From: Stegostoma tigrinum
Taxonomy: Eukaryota
Direction of reading: 5' to 3'
Length of the DNA: 64,000 nucleotides
NCBI RefSeq assembly: GCF_030684315.1
Contig: NC_081391.1
Span: forward strand, 13,989,342-14,053,341
Of this stretch, positions 35,799 through 49,062 are shown piece after piece. Both the position numbers and the translations under genes were made by a program. How positions within the stretch are numbered: the first letter of the stretch is position 1; each line of letters starts with the position of its first letter. The notes beneath the pieces were generated by a model. It did not search any database. It worked only from the letters and a program-made list of their open reading frames with translations, and was not told the DNA's origin.

Positions 35799-38700
35799 AT
35801 GGCCTCCCAGATTAGTCAGAACTATCACCAGGATTGTGAAGCTGCTGTCAACAAGCAGATTCATGTGGAGCTCACTGCCTCCTATCTCTATCAGTCTTTG
35901 GTGAGTGTTGTCCCTAGGGGGTTAAAACTTGATCTATGTAGTTGCAGTAAATGGTTTCTCTTGAATTTAAATAACTGGACACTCTCTCTGGTCGACTGAG
36001 TTTTGTGGTCCTTTCCTAAATATTAATTCAGGATAAGGGCAATGTTACTATACCAATGGGGTTTGATAATGATGTACTCTGAAGCTGGGTCCCAGTTGGC
36101 ATTTGGAGATATGTGGAGGTTTAAGTGTCCCTGGAGATATTTGCCAGTTTTGATTGGCAGTAGATGTCATTCCCTCTAAGATTACACAGCAGGCTGAGCA
36201 GGATGGCTGATGTTTTGGGGCTTGACCCTTCTGAAGGTGTGTCTAGGCCCAAAACATCAGCTTTCCTGCTCCTTTGCTTGGCCTGATGTGTTCATTCAGC
36301 TCTACATCATTGTATCTCAAGGGGTAGAGTGTGTTTGGAGGTTGTGTTGAAGTAACCTTGGTGAGTGCTGCAGGGGACCTGGTAGATAATGGACCCTGAA
36401 AGGAGGTGGTGAATGCAGTCCCCATCAAGTGGGCTGCTCTGTCCTGGATGGTGTCTGCTTCTTGCAAGTGGCAGCTCCACCTCCACGGACACATGGAGAA
36501 GCTTCATCACACTCAGCTTTTGTCTCTTAGAAAGAAGATGCCTCATGACAGATGGATGAAGCCTGTGTAAACTCCATTTGGGAGGTGGGTACAGCTTTCA
36601 TTGGTGAGCTAGTTGATGGGTGTTAATTCCTGACCAGGGTCCCAATTCCCTTGGGCAACATGTGTGCCAATTCTAAAATCCTTCCTATTCTCTCCTGCCA
36701 CAGCTTGTCCCTACCCCAATTAAACAGCCAAGAAATTTTGTTTGACTGCTTCTGCTTCAAGAAAGTAACTTCCCACCAGGTTTCCTCAACAACAAAACCC
36801 TTAGCTCCTGTTTCAAATATCAGAAGAATAGCCCTTCATAAACCTCAAGGCATTGGATTGTGAATATCTCGGTTCGGAAGTGAGTCACATATGGGTGGAC
36901 AAACAACAGAACGCTGCCTGCTGGAATAAGCCAAACTCTGGTGTCCAGCTTTGTGTTAACTAGTGATGTTAGATCCTCCATTATCTGGAGGTACATGTCG
37001 CATTGGCCTGCTCCCTCTCTCTCTCCCCCCCCTGCGTGCTCTTGTGGTCATGTGACCCTTGTTTTCTCCCCCCTGACCCCTTCTGGATGTGAGTGCACTA
37101 ATTTTAGTGTGCTATAAACTATAGCTGCAACAATCCAGAGGCTGTTACTGGGTAGGTTTTCCTTTGCACTACTTGTTGTTGCTTTCTCTCATTCGCCGCT
37201 ACTATATCTTGTAGTAATAAAATATACCGTACACTCAATCTCCCTGGTTTTGAGGCTGCAGAAACCTTGCTTCCTCCTGGTTATATTGTTACAGCAGTGT
37301 CTAACATGCATTTCCATGCCAGCCCCAAAGGAGCAATAGTGTTGCAGCTCCGCTACTCAACTATAGCCTGCACTCCAGCTCCTGGTGCTTGTTTCAGCTG
37401 TTTTTTAGGCTCTAAATTTGTCCAATTCAGATGAAGGTTAGTGAGTGAAAACATGGCTGGATGTAAGAAGAGCTATAATGCTGTGCCAGACAGCCTGAGC
37501 AATTCACTGTTTTAAGCCAAACTTTTGCCAGTTTCCAATAGGAAATTGGGATTGTTGTTAGTTCCCAGTTGAAGGATCCGCTGGCCAGCTGGATATCAGT
37601 GGATTCTCAACCATGTTCACATACCACGCAGTTAACAGCTAACTGAGCAGTTAGCTTGCTGCAGAAGGCTGAACTAGAATTTGGAGTCAGTGCTGTGTTC
37701 AATGGGCTTTAACATGTTCTCTCCCTTCCAGATGACCTACTTTGACTGGGATGATGTGGCCCTCCCCCACTTCTCCCAGTTCTTCAAAGATCAGTCCCAG
37801 GTGAAGCAGGAACCTGCAGAGAAGCTGCTGAAATTCCAGAATCAGTGTGGAGGCAGAGGCTGAGTCCTCCTCCAGGATGTGAAGGTTGGAGTTGTGTGGG
37901 AGGGTTGCAGCTGTGGGGAAGAGAATGGCAGCTCTTGTGGTGCTGCTTCCTGTTGGGATGTAAAAATCCTCTTTTGGCCTGGCTTCCCTGTTTGATTTCT
38001 TTTGAAGGCAGTTTCTAAACTAGCCCTATTGTCCACCATGTCTATGCTGCCCACAAACCTCAAACTACATTAACACAATTTCCTTGCACTTAGTCCACAG
38101 CCTACTATCTTCTGGCATGAAGAAGTTGTTGAGATTAGGCTTAAATGTTGCTGGAGTAACTTCCTCCACTGACCCCTCAGGTCATGCATCCCATACCTCT
38201 CCCACCCTCCATTATCCTCCAATCTCCTCAAACCTGTGCCATCTGGTCTTCATGTCTGCCACAGGGACTGTCTATTGTCCATGCTCCCTGATCTTCCACA
38301 CTTCCATGAGATAACCATCCCAGTCTATCCAACCTCCCTCTCATCATTGTTTTTTTTGTCAGTTTTCTTCCCCCATCTTGGGCCAACATCCTGATGACAC
38401 TCACCTGTACCCCCTCCAGTGTCACCCTGCCCCTCTGATTGTGGTTCTGGTCACCACACTACATTCCATCTTTGGTCTGGCCAATGCTGCCATGTTTATG
38501 GCAAGACTCATCCTTTTTACTGATCCCCAACTCCTGGAGACCAGCATCCATGTCAGCCCCTTCCCCACTCTGTCTACCTTTGCTGAACCTTGAGGGATGG
38601 CCTTGGGCATTTGTTGCTTGTCCCTTTTACTGTAAGCACATTGCTGCTCCCTTCAATGAATTAAACAGCAGTGATGTCTGATCATCCTGCTCAGACATGT

Positions 38701-39944
38701 ATGAAGCCACTGGCACAGGTGAGACATAGATGCCTGGCCTGCAAGGTCTAGATTGGTACTCTACCTCAAGAGCCCTTGAGACGAAGGTGTGAATGTCCTG
38801 ATCTAAATGACAAATGGGCACTGGTGCAAACAGTTTAACTTTGTGTGAAATAAATCCCTGTCCCCACAATGACTTCATGCTTCAGATCAAGGATAAATGG
38901 AGCAAAGTGAAGTCACCTACAAGTCATCAATGTGGGTTTTAGGGCTGGCACAGTTGCTCAGTGGTTAGCACTGCTGCCTCAGTGCCAGGGACACAGGTTT
39001 AGCTCTGGCCTCTGGTGACTGGTGCTGACATGATCAGTTTCTTCCTACAGTCCAAATATGGGCAGGCTGGGTGAAGTAGCTGTGGGGGAAATGCAGGGCT
39101 ATGGGATCAGGTAAATCTGAGATCTGCTTCAGAAGGTTGATTGCAGACTCAATGGGCTGAATGGCCTGCTCCCATGCTGCAGGAAGTCTGATTCTGAGGC
39201 TTAACTGTTCTTCTTTCCCCCCTCCAGAAGCCAGAGAGGGATGAGTAGGGTAACAGCCTGCAGGCAATGCAAGTTCTCCTGGATCTGGAGAAGAACGTGA
39301 ACCAGAGTTTGTTGGATCTACCCCAACTCGCCACAGCCCAGACTGACCCTCATGTAAGCTTCACCTCTTCATTCTCACCACTGCCATGCCTCCTCAACTT
39401 CATTGGTTGATCTTTGTGGAGTGGAAAGTCACAGACGTAACTCTGTCCAGATGCTACATTGTCATCATAATTATGTTATTAAGGTACAATGTTACAACTG
39501 CTCAACACTGAACTGAAATAGGAATTTGGATTACAGTCTAGTGGGAATGCTGATGTGATTTTTGGCTGCTGAATTGGGATTGTTGCACTATACAATACAA
39601 CTTGGAGCTCTTTAAGAAGGTGAGATGGATCAGCTGAAATGTTGTCGTCACTGGCATCAATTCTCCACCTGGTAGCAAGATTTTCAGGGCTGTCTAGAGC
39701 AAGTTATGGCTAAGGGTTTTTCAGTGGGAATTGTACAATTGTCTTGGATAGTGTTAATGCACCCAGTTGTCATATTCCTCTGTTGCAGCTGTGTGACTTC
39801 CTGGAGACTCACTATTTGGATGAGGAGGTGGAGATCATCAAGCAACTGGGTGACTACATCACCAACCTGAAGCACCTGGGAGCCCCTGAGAATGGGATGG
39901 AAGAGTACCTGTTTGACAGGCTCTCCCTGGAGGACAGCAGTTAG
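35799..39944 (+). pseudogene. Ferritin copy F, nonsense pseudogene (exons 35799-35900, 37732-37884, 39228-39353, 39789-39944)
   Basis: Exon 2 has a 6-nt insertion and a CGA>TGA stop at 37861-37863; exon 3 has a TGG>TAG stop at 39246-39248; radical changes E61V and H65P. Confidence 0.92.
38941..39180 (+). mobile_element. Decayed V-SINE-like element at the 3' end of intron 2, present at this position in all full copies (about 6224, 13237, 21735, 30256, 48080, 55884)
   Basis: agggctggcacagttgctcagtggttagcactgctgcctcag...cagtccaaa...aatgggctgaatggcctg resembles the SINE at 40208. Confidence 0.65.
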
Positions 39945-40207
39945 TGTGGCCTGGAGCACTGTCTACTTGGTCTGAATGCATGCCCCTCTTCACCTTGGAC
40001 AACCTGTCTCCTTCCAAGGAGAAGGGACTTGGAGCAAAGAATGTAATGGCTGTAGCAGCCGAATGGGAATGAATAAAATGATGTGTTGATCTTGCTTATT
40101 GTCCATCATTCAGAGAACTGAGTGGTGTCTCTCGAGAGCTTGAAGCCTGTAATCTTTCTGTAGTTTGATTGGCTGGTCCAATTACAATTGGACATGAGAC
40201 TAATTTG

Positions 40208-40488
40208 GGGCGGCACGGTGGCTCAGTGGTTAGCACTGCAGCCTCACAGCGCCAAGTACCCGGGTTCAATTCCCACCTCAGGCGACTGTCTGTGTGGAGT
40301 TTGCACATTCTCCCCGTGTCTGCGTGGGTTTCCTCCCACAGTCCAAAGATGTGCAGGCTAGGTGGATTGGACATGCTAAATTGCCTGTAGTGTTCAGGGT
40401 TATGGGGGCATGGGCCTGGATGGGATGCTTCAAAGGGCGGTGTGGACTTGTTGGGCCGAAGGGCCTGTTTCCACGCTGTAGGGCATCT
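40208..40488 (+). mobile_element. Relatively young tRNA-derived SINE of the V-SINE/HE1 type
   Basis: Pol III A box tggctcagtgg, B box ggttcaattcc, core gtgtggagtttgcacattctccccgtgtctgcgtgggtttcctcc, and CR1-like 3' tail gggccgaagggcctg. Confidence 0.85.
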
Positions 40489-43400
40489 AATTCACTGGGT
40501 CTTTTGACAATTTCCCCACCTCACTGGTCAGGGATAATGAGATGGAGTGCCTCCTTTGTGTGAAACAAGATATTCCCCTCCCACCAGAATTTGAGGTTGT
40601 GGTTTGATGCTGTTGGCCGAGAAAACGTTTTCGACAATGACTAGCATACTGTTGGATGTGGTGTGCACAATTGTAGTTAACAGAACGTGGAATTCCTTTT
40701 GCAAAAGCAACTTCCCACACCTTTTATCAAAAGCTAGGACCAGGCCCCAACATTCTGAAAATTAGGGAAATTTTAACTTGTACATGGATAAGGCATGGAA
40801 AAATTAACGTTAAATACCTTTCCTCATCAGCCTCCCTGAACAGTACCTTACACTCCAAGTGACAGAAATCACAATTTGATGACAAAACTAACTAATCTGC
40901 TGGCTGGATCAGCTCAGCCGAAGGAGGTGAGATATCGGGATGTGTTTCCTTGCCAGGGGCAGGAACCAGCTCATTGGGAGAGGATACCACTTCAGCTGGT
41001 CTGCTATTCATTGTGACTCGGGCCCTAACATGACGTGACGAGTATATTCTATTCTCAGTTCTCAGCATTGTTGTCTCCTTTGTTTCTGTTACTTTTTTCT
41101 TTACACCCCCCTCCCCCACAACCATGTGTGCAGCCCAACAGCGTTGGGTGCTGGTAAAGGGTCAAACCAGGACCAGCAGTCAAGGTGGTGGGGGGTGGGG
41201 TGCCACGTGCCACTCTCTAAAACCCATTCACCCTTCCCTTGTTACACGTCTCCACCAGTTGGCAATGCTCACCAGTTGATTCCTCCTTCAGTCTGAGTTA
41301 CCACACGGTGACACTTCAGGGGATTTTATATCCACTTCAGCTCCAAAAGGAGTCAATGCCCATGGTTGCTGGGGGCAGTATGCGCAGAAGCAATCCCAAT
41401 TTGTCCGAATGTGGCTCCCTTATTCCACTTTCTTTCCCTATCCTTGCACTTACTCTACCGCTTCATCCAAGGAAAAATTTTCAAGCCTACCACCCCCAAG
41501 ACCTGGGAAAGTGCAGCCCAAATTTTCACAGCAGCCTCTATCAGACAGTCAGCTCACATTCACCTGAGCTGTATGGGCGTATAATGCCTGCTCTTGATGC
41601 CACCCACAGTGGCAGTGTCTTGAGCATAGCATAGCACAGCAGCGCTCCTGGTTAAATGTTGCCATTTGATTGGCTCTTGCTGCTTAAGCCTGCATTGAGC
41701 GCACTAAGCTGCTCCTTTGGTTCCTCTGAGCTTCCCCCACGGTGAGCGTTACTCCTGATGCAGGTTAATTGGGTGAAATCACATTGAAGGAGCAGTGTGA
41801 CTCGGAGAGGAGACCTGGAGATGCTGATTTTCCTGTCCCCCTGCTTCCCTTATCTTTCGAGGGGTCAGAGATCCTGGGTTAGGGAGGGGGCTATCAGAGA
41901 CATCCTGAGGATTGTTCCAGGGAGTTTTGTAGCGAGTGCACACTGCAGCCTGCATGAGGGTGTGGGTCTTTAAGGCACTGAGCGTGTTTGTTCCTCCACA
42001 GAGAGCAGTTTAATTGCAGCAAATTGAAGTCTTGGCTGGAGAATCCCAATAGTGCAGCAAGAGGATATTAGGCCCATTAAATCTGCATCGACCCACTGAA
42101 CCACATCCTGCTCAGACCCAACCCATTTGCTTAACCCCACGGACAATCGAATTACCTTGGATGCGCATTGTCACTATGGGGCTATTTAGTATTACCAACC
42201 CACCTACCCTGCAAATCATTGGGCTGTGTGAAGAAACTCAAGCACCTGGAGGAAATCCACGCAGGCCATCAGCCAGGGGTAGAATCGAACCTGGGTCCCT
42301 GGCACTGAGGCGCCAAAACATTCTAAAGTACCAAAGGGAAGGAATGCACTGTGGCAAACTACGCCATGGGAATAGACTCTGCAGCCCAGCCCGAACTTGC
42401 AGACCAGGTTTTCATAAACTGTGTAGTGCCATTTGCCTACATTTGGCCCATCTTTCTCGAAACCGTTCCTTTCCATGTAAATCTCCAAATGTCACTTAAA
42501 TGTTGTAATTCTATCCACCTCGACCACTTCCTCTGGCAGCTCGTTCCATGCACGTACCACCCTCTGTGTGAAAATGTTGTCCCTCACACCCCTTTTAAAT
42601 CCTTCCCCCTCTCCCATCAAACCGGTGCCCTCTAGTTTTGGACCCCCCTACCCTGTCCCAGCATGCTTTTTATATACAGTCAATCTTGAGTGTGCCAATG
42701 GCAAGGCTACATTTAGTGGTCAGCAACTGTTCCACTTCAGGAGGTGGTGATGAGCTGGTTATTACAGTCCACCTGGTGTCGGCGAGACCGGAATGATGCT
42801 GCTGCTGCTGCTGAGGAGGGGCTTCTGGGATTTTCGTTCACAAACAGGGATAGTGTTCCAAGTCAGGATGGTGACAGATTTACATGGAGCTGCTTGAGTG
42901 TCGTCGGAGCTGCCTCAAGCGACAACATTGTAAACTATTCCAGCACTACTCCCAACTTCAGCCTTATTGACGGTGGACAGGTTTTGGAAACTCAGGAGTT
43001 GAGTACTTCCTGACAGAATTCCCAGCATCTGAATTCCCAGTTTCTGAGCTGTACCATCTACAGAACGCAATGTAAACAGGACCAGAAATTGCTCACTTGG
43101 AAACCTGCTGGGGTTAATCGCTAGTTCTACTTCAAACAATGAAAAACGAAACTGGGAGACAGAAATGTTCAACGTGCGATACATTTCTAGCAGCAACTGA
43201 GACATAGAGGCCTGAGGCCTACTGTGTAGAAGAGGCACTCAGCACATTTAGCGTTTTGCTTTTCAAACTGGGCCTTCAAGGTCAAGGTCAGGGAGATCAC
43301 ATCAGATGCAGATTGGATCCACAAAGTACATCAGTTGCCTGTTTTAGATGATCCAAAAGCACATTATTTCTGTTGCGGCACAGAAATAGGAAAATGTTCA

Positions 43401-43613
43401 GATCAACCAAATCGAGCCATTTTTCAAAGAGCTCCAACACCAATGTTCAAAAATTATGACGACTAATCCCTCAGAATAACAATCCGACAGAATTCTGCAA
43501 ATCTGTGTTGAGTGTGTCTTAACGCACAACTTCAGATACAGACGTGAAGTTTTAGAGCATACTTTATTCTCATTTTCAGGGAGATGTCCTCCCAGAATTT
43601 GCACTTGTTCAGG

Positions 43614-43801
43614 AGGTCAAAGATCATTTCAGCAATTTCATCATCAACCACTCATCAATTCTGATTGGTTTTTTGACCCGATTCCCATCCTGCACTGATT
43701 GGATGTGGCAGCTGATCAATTGATTAACAAGAGTGATTGGCCATCACTGATGATCTCATTTCCTGCTTCATAAAATGAGTGTTGGCTCCTCGGGTATAAA
43801 T
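43614..43801 (+). promoter_or_regulatory. Proximal promoter of copy G
   Basis: DR1 variant AGGTCAAAGATCA 43614-43626, two gattgg boxes, cagctg, TATAAAT 43795-43801. Confidence 0.72.
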
Positions 43802-43888
43802 AGAGTCCCAGGGCAGGGATGTTTATTGTTGTTCTTAACTTTGTTATTTTTGTGGTGTGGAAACTAAAGCAAGCTTTTCCTTTACAAG

Positions 43889-46800
43889 ATGGCATCCCAG
43901 ATCAGTCAGAACTATCACCAGGATTGTGAAGCTGCTGTCAACAAGCAGATTAATGTGGAGCTCACTGCCTCCTATCTCTATCAGTCTTTGGTGAGTGCTG
44001 TCTCTGTTGGGTGAAACATACTTCTGTTCTGTTGAAGTGAACTCTACCCCTTGGATGTAATTAAGTTGTCTATCTTATAGACTGAGTTTTGTGGCTCCTA
44101 CCTATTTCTCAATGCAGGATGAGTGTGATGTTACTGTAACAATAGTTTGGTGTCCAATGTTACTCTAACTTGGGTCCCAGTTGGTTGTCAGTGAGATGTG
44201 GAGTGTTCTTGTAGTTACTTGCCTGTCCCATGATGGTGCTGTGACTGGTGGTAATTATAGCTTCCTGTGGCTGTTTGAAACTTGAGGGAACTAATTTAAA
44301 AATGAATTGGGACTAACCATTGTGGGAATGGAAGCACCATCAGCTAGTCACTGCTCTTCTTTTCCTTCTTGTATCCTTGCTTGTATTTGAATTTTGTGGT
44401 GATCCCAACTTAACATCTCAAATAATCTTGAGAATCTTGATTTCCTATTGCAATCAGCTTAGAATAGGCTTGTTCTAGCCCTACAGAGCTGGGCTGAGAG
44501 GTGGCAAATGGAGTTTAATGCAGACAAGTGTGAGGTGATGCACTTTGGTAGGAGTAACCGGAAGGCAAAGCACGAGGCTAATGGTAAGATTCTTAGTAAT
44601 GTAGATGAGCAGAGAGATCTCGGTGTCCACGTAAACAGGTCCTTGAAAGTTGCCATCCAGGTTGACAGGGCGGTTAAGAAGGCAGTGTTTTCTCTTTGAT
44701 TAATAGAGGCATTGAGTTCTGGAACCAAGAGGTTATGGTGAAGCTGTACCAAACTCTGGTGTGGCTGCACTTGTAGTATTGTATACAGTTCTGGTCACTG
44801 CATTATAAGGATGTGGAAGCTTTGGCAAGAGTGCAGAGGAGGTTTACTAGGATGTTGCCTGGTATCGAGGGAAGCTCTTATGAGGGAAGACTGAGGGACT
44901 TGAGGCTGTCTTCATTGGTGAGAAGGTTGAGAGTTGACTTAATTGAAACATATAATATTCTGAGGGTTGGAAAGGGAAATCCTCTTTCTGCGGACGGTGA
45001 GCATGAGGGGGCATAGCTGTAAATTGAGGGATGATAGATATAGGACAGATGTCTGAGGTAGTTTCTTTACTCAGTAGTAAGGGAATGGAATGCTTTGCCT
45101 GTGACGGTAGTAGATTTGCCAACTTTAGGTACATTTAAGTCGTCATTGGACAAGCATATGGACGTACAGGGAATAGTCTAGGTTAGATGGGCTTGAGATC
45201 AGTATGACAAGTTGACACAACATCTAGGGCCTGTACTGTGCTGTTATGTTCTAGTTTCAGATTAAACTGGGTGAGGTTGTGACTGGTATCTGATCAAGCA
45301 GATCTCCATTTGAGATCTACTTTGCTTTTTTTCATACTCATGAGGTGGGTGTGGGCTGTCTGTATATGAAGTGTTGGAGCTTTTCCAAGGCACGGCACTG
45401 CCGTGGGGCTGAGAATGTGCGGAGGGTACTGACCCAGTGAATATGCAAAAAATAGCTTATTCCTGTTGTATTTGGCCTGACTCTAACTAGCCCCTCTTTC
45501 CCCAGGTGGTTGGGTGCCTGTGCCCTTCCAAGGGGTAGAATGTGTTTAGAAGGTGTTAGAAGTAACCTTAGTGAGTGTTGCCGGGTGCTCTCTGGGCTTG
45601 TGCTTGTCAGCAGGAAGTCCTGTCATGATGAGGATCAAGTCCCTGTCAGCCCCACTTTGGGAGGTGGCAACAGCTTTCATTGAGCCACCAGTTCAGTTTT
45701 AATCGCTGACCCATGTTCCTAACACAACTTGGAAGCATGTCCCAAGAGTAAAATCTCCACTATTCTACATCTTCTAACTGCCCATTTAAATGGGCAATGA
45801 TAAATTGTGCTTGTGTTTGCATTTGACAATTAAAGCAACTTTTTTCAGCAGGATTCCCAAGAATGTGTGTCTTAGTAGCTGCTTGCAATAGCAGACCTGG
45901 TAAACCTGAATACATTGAATTGTGAACATCCTGGTTTAGAAATCTACAGGACTTTGCCTGTTGGATTAAGTCAACAGTAGCATTTCCAGGTTACTGTTTT
46001 AATAAGTGATGTTGTCTAGAGAGTAGGTGATCTGCAGGTCACTGTCATATTTGTCATGTGATCAGTTTGTTTTGTCAATCATTGTTTCATGTGTAATGGT
46101 ACAAGTTGCTAGCAGTCTCAGTACAGCTGTTTTAGATGCAGCAGTAAACTGTATCTAGAACAATCCAAAGACTGTCCCGAGGCAGGCTTTCCTTGGCAGA
46201 TTCTTGGTGCCCATGTCCTTCATTCATCCCTTCCCCCTCACCCCAGCCACCCCACTACTGCAGCCCTTGTCAAACTAATACAGTGCATCCAATTGCATTG
46301 ATCCTGACTAAGCAGAAAATGTGCTCCTTCCTAGCTGTTAGTTGCAGTGTCTGGGATCTGTTTTCTGGCCTTTGCCAAAGGAGCAATAGCGTGCCCTGCA
46401 GCTGTTCTATTGGTGCACATCCTGCATTCCAGCTTCTGGCATTTCTTGAAACCCTATTCAAACAGTAATTTATCCCATTTCTGGTGGAGGTTAATCAGTA
46501 AAAACATCAATTCACACTTGTTCTCACCAAATGCTGTGCCAGACCCACTGAGCAATTTGCCAGGAGTTTCAAACCAAAATAAAACACATGGTGTTTACAG
46601 CTTACCTGGAGGAAGCTGGGATTGTTTTGATTTTTCCAATTCAACAGGAACTGCTCAAAACTGGGTTCTGAATTGTTAATGCATCAGGTACTTAACAGCT
46701 TATTGTCAGTTTGATTTTGAGAATGCTCAAGTAGCCCTGGAGCTCTGAACTAAAATTGGCCCGTGACTTGTTAATGGGCTTTACCTTGATCTCCCTTCCA

Positions 46801-49062
46801 GATGTCCTACTTTGACCGGGATGATGTTGCCCTCCCCCATGTCTCCCGCTTCTTCAAACATCAGTCCCAGGAGAAGCGGGAACATGCAGAGAAGCTGCTG
46901 AAATTCCAGAATCAGCGTGGAGGCCGGGTCCTCCTCCAGGATGTGAAGGTTGGAGTTGGGTGGGGTGGGGGTTGGGATGGTAATGGCTGCTCTTGTGGTG
47001 TGGTTTCAAGTCAGTGACAAGGTTTTCATTTGAGTCAAATCTTTGTTCGGCCTGTTTGATCTCCTTTTTGAAGCCAGTGTAGAAAGAAGCCCTTTGGCCC
47101 ACCATGTCTTTGCTGACCCCACAAACACTAAAGCACTTTAATCCCATTTCCCTTCCCTTGGTCCACAGGCCACTGTCCTGGCACTATGTACTTGTCCAGC
47201 TGGACCTTAAACTGATCTGGAGTAGCTGACTCCACCACCATCCAACCCTTTATGTGGTTCATCTCATATTTCTAACCTCCCCCTCGGAGGAGGGTGAAGA
47301 GAACGTTTCCTCCAATCCCCTCTAACCTGCTTACTCCACAAACCTGGTTTCTCTCTGGTCTTGGTGTCTGCCATGGGGAAGGCATTCCATCAACTGGCCA
47401 CTCTCTATTCTTCAATAGTTACATCAGGTCACTCCCTCAGCCGTTCCTGCTCCACAGAAAATCCCAGCCTATCTAACCTCCAATCAATGGATCTTGGGCA
47501 ACAGCCTGGGCAGCCTCACCAGCTTCCCCCTGCAGTGCCATCCTGTCCTTGTGACTGGTGAGGCCAAAGAGGGAATAATGTGGTGACTAGAAGAACAAAC
47601 TGTGACAAGACTGGCCCCCTTCCTGTTCCACCACACCCAACTAATAGAGGTTGCTTGCCCTCTGTCACTGTTACACCCTGTTGACCTTGTCTGAACTTTG
47701 AGGGATCTATGGTTGTGGGCCTTTCTTAACTGTTAGCAGCACAACACACTTTGCAAACACCTCGCTGTCCCTTGGATGAATTAAATAGCCGTGATGTTTC
47801 TGATCATCCTGCTCAGGCATGTATGAAGCCACCAGCACAAGTGGTACTTGAACCTTGGCCTTGTCAGCCAGAGACAGGGGCACTACCACTGTACCATGAC
47901 AGCATTTAGGATTCACTTGTGAATATCCTCGCAATTCCATCAGATGGACCCTGATGCAAATCTTGTCATTATCCCCCACAATGACCTGTTATTCACCTTC
48001 CTCCTTCAGATCAAGGACCGACAGGCAAGGTGAAAGCAATTCTGAAGGAACTGTTCTTCAGCTGTGCTCCAGGGCTGCCTCAGGGGCGAGCAGTGTTCTC
48101 AGTGCTAGGGACACAGGTTTTGATCTGGCCTCTGGTGAGGGACTGGTGTTTACATGTCCTCCCCATGTCTGCGTTGGTGTCCTCATAGTATAAGAGGATT
48201 GGCCATCTGAAATGCAGGGTTACAGGAATAGAGGGGGAGTGGGATGAGCTGGGATGCATTTCAGAGCAGTTCTGCACTGATCGATGTTGTAGAGATTCTG
48301 AAGCTTCACTTTCCTTCTTTCCATCCTCAGAAGCCAGAGAGGGATGAGTGGGGTAACAGCCTGCAGGCGATGCAGGTTGCCCTGGATCTGGAGAAGAATG
48401 TGAACCAGAGTTTGCTGGATCTTCACCAACTTGCCACAGCCCAGACTGACCCTCATGTAAGCTTCACCACTTCATTCTCTTCACTGCTGGTCACTCAGGG
48501 CAACACCTTCAATGGTTGGTCTTTTGTGGATTAGAAGTTGCCTGCTGTCTCAGACAAGTGCCATTTGGATCTCTTCAGATCCGTACCAATGCTTATAATC
48601 TGATCAGCTCAGCAATCAAGTAAAATGGGAATTTGGATTATAATCTAGTAGGAGTGATGAAGTGATATTGGCCACTGAATGCTCATCCAGGATTATTGCA
48701 GTGGAATGATCACTATCCATCATAATCCAACACAGCATCACTTAACAAACTGCAAGAGCAGTTGAAATACATGGTCCTCACTGGCATAGTCTCCAGGTGT
48801 TAGGTTTTCAGGGTAGTCTAGAGCTCATATGGCTGAGTGTTTTGCAGTAGGAAATCTGAGGTTGTCTTGGATAGCATTAATGTAGCAAGTTGTCATATTC
48901 TTGCAGCTGTGTGACTTCCTGGAGACTCACTATTTGGATGAGGAGGTGGAGATCATCAAGCAACTCGGGGACTACATCACCAACCTGAAGCGCCTGGGAG
49001 CCCCTGAGAATGGGATGGGAGAGTACCTGTTTGACAGGCTCTCCCTGGAGGACAGCAGTTAG
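43889..49062 (+). CDS. Ferritin copy G, 176 aa (exons 43889-43990, 46802-46948, 48331-48456, 48907-49062)
   Basis: Intact spliced frame, GT-AG introns; TATA 43795-43801; AATAAA 49191-49196. Confidence 0.92.
44484..45254 (+). mobile_element. CR1-type LINE fragment in intron 1 of copy G (same insertion site as in D)
   Basis: ORFs 44508-44699 and 44813-45016 are CR1 RT C-terminal pieces; flank agaataggcttgttctagccctacag is identical to that in D. Confidence 0.88.

Noticed and set aside
40208-40275. tRNA-like sequence with A and B boxes
   Set aside because: Head of a SINE, continuous with SINE core and tail; no complete cloverleaf.
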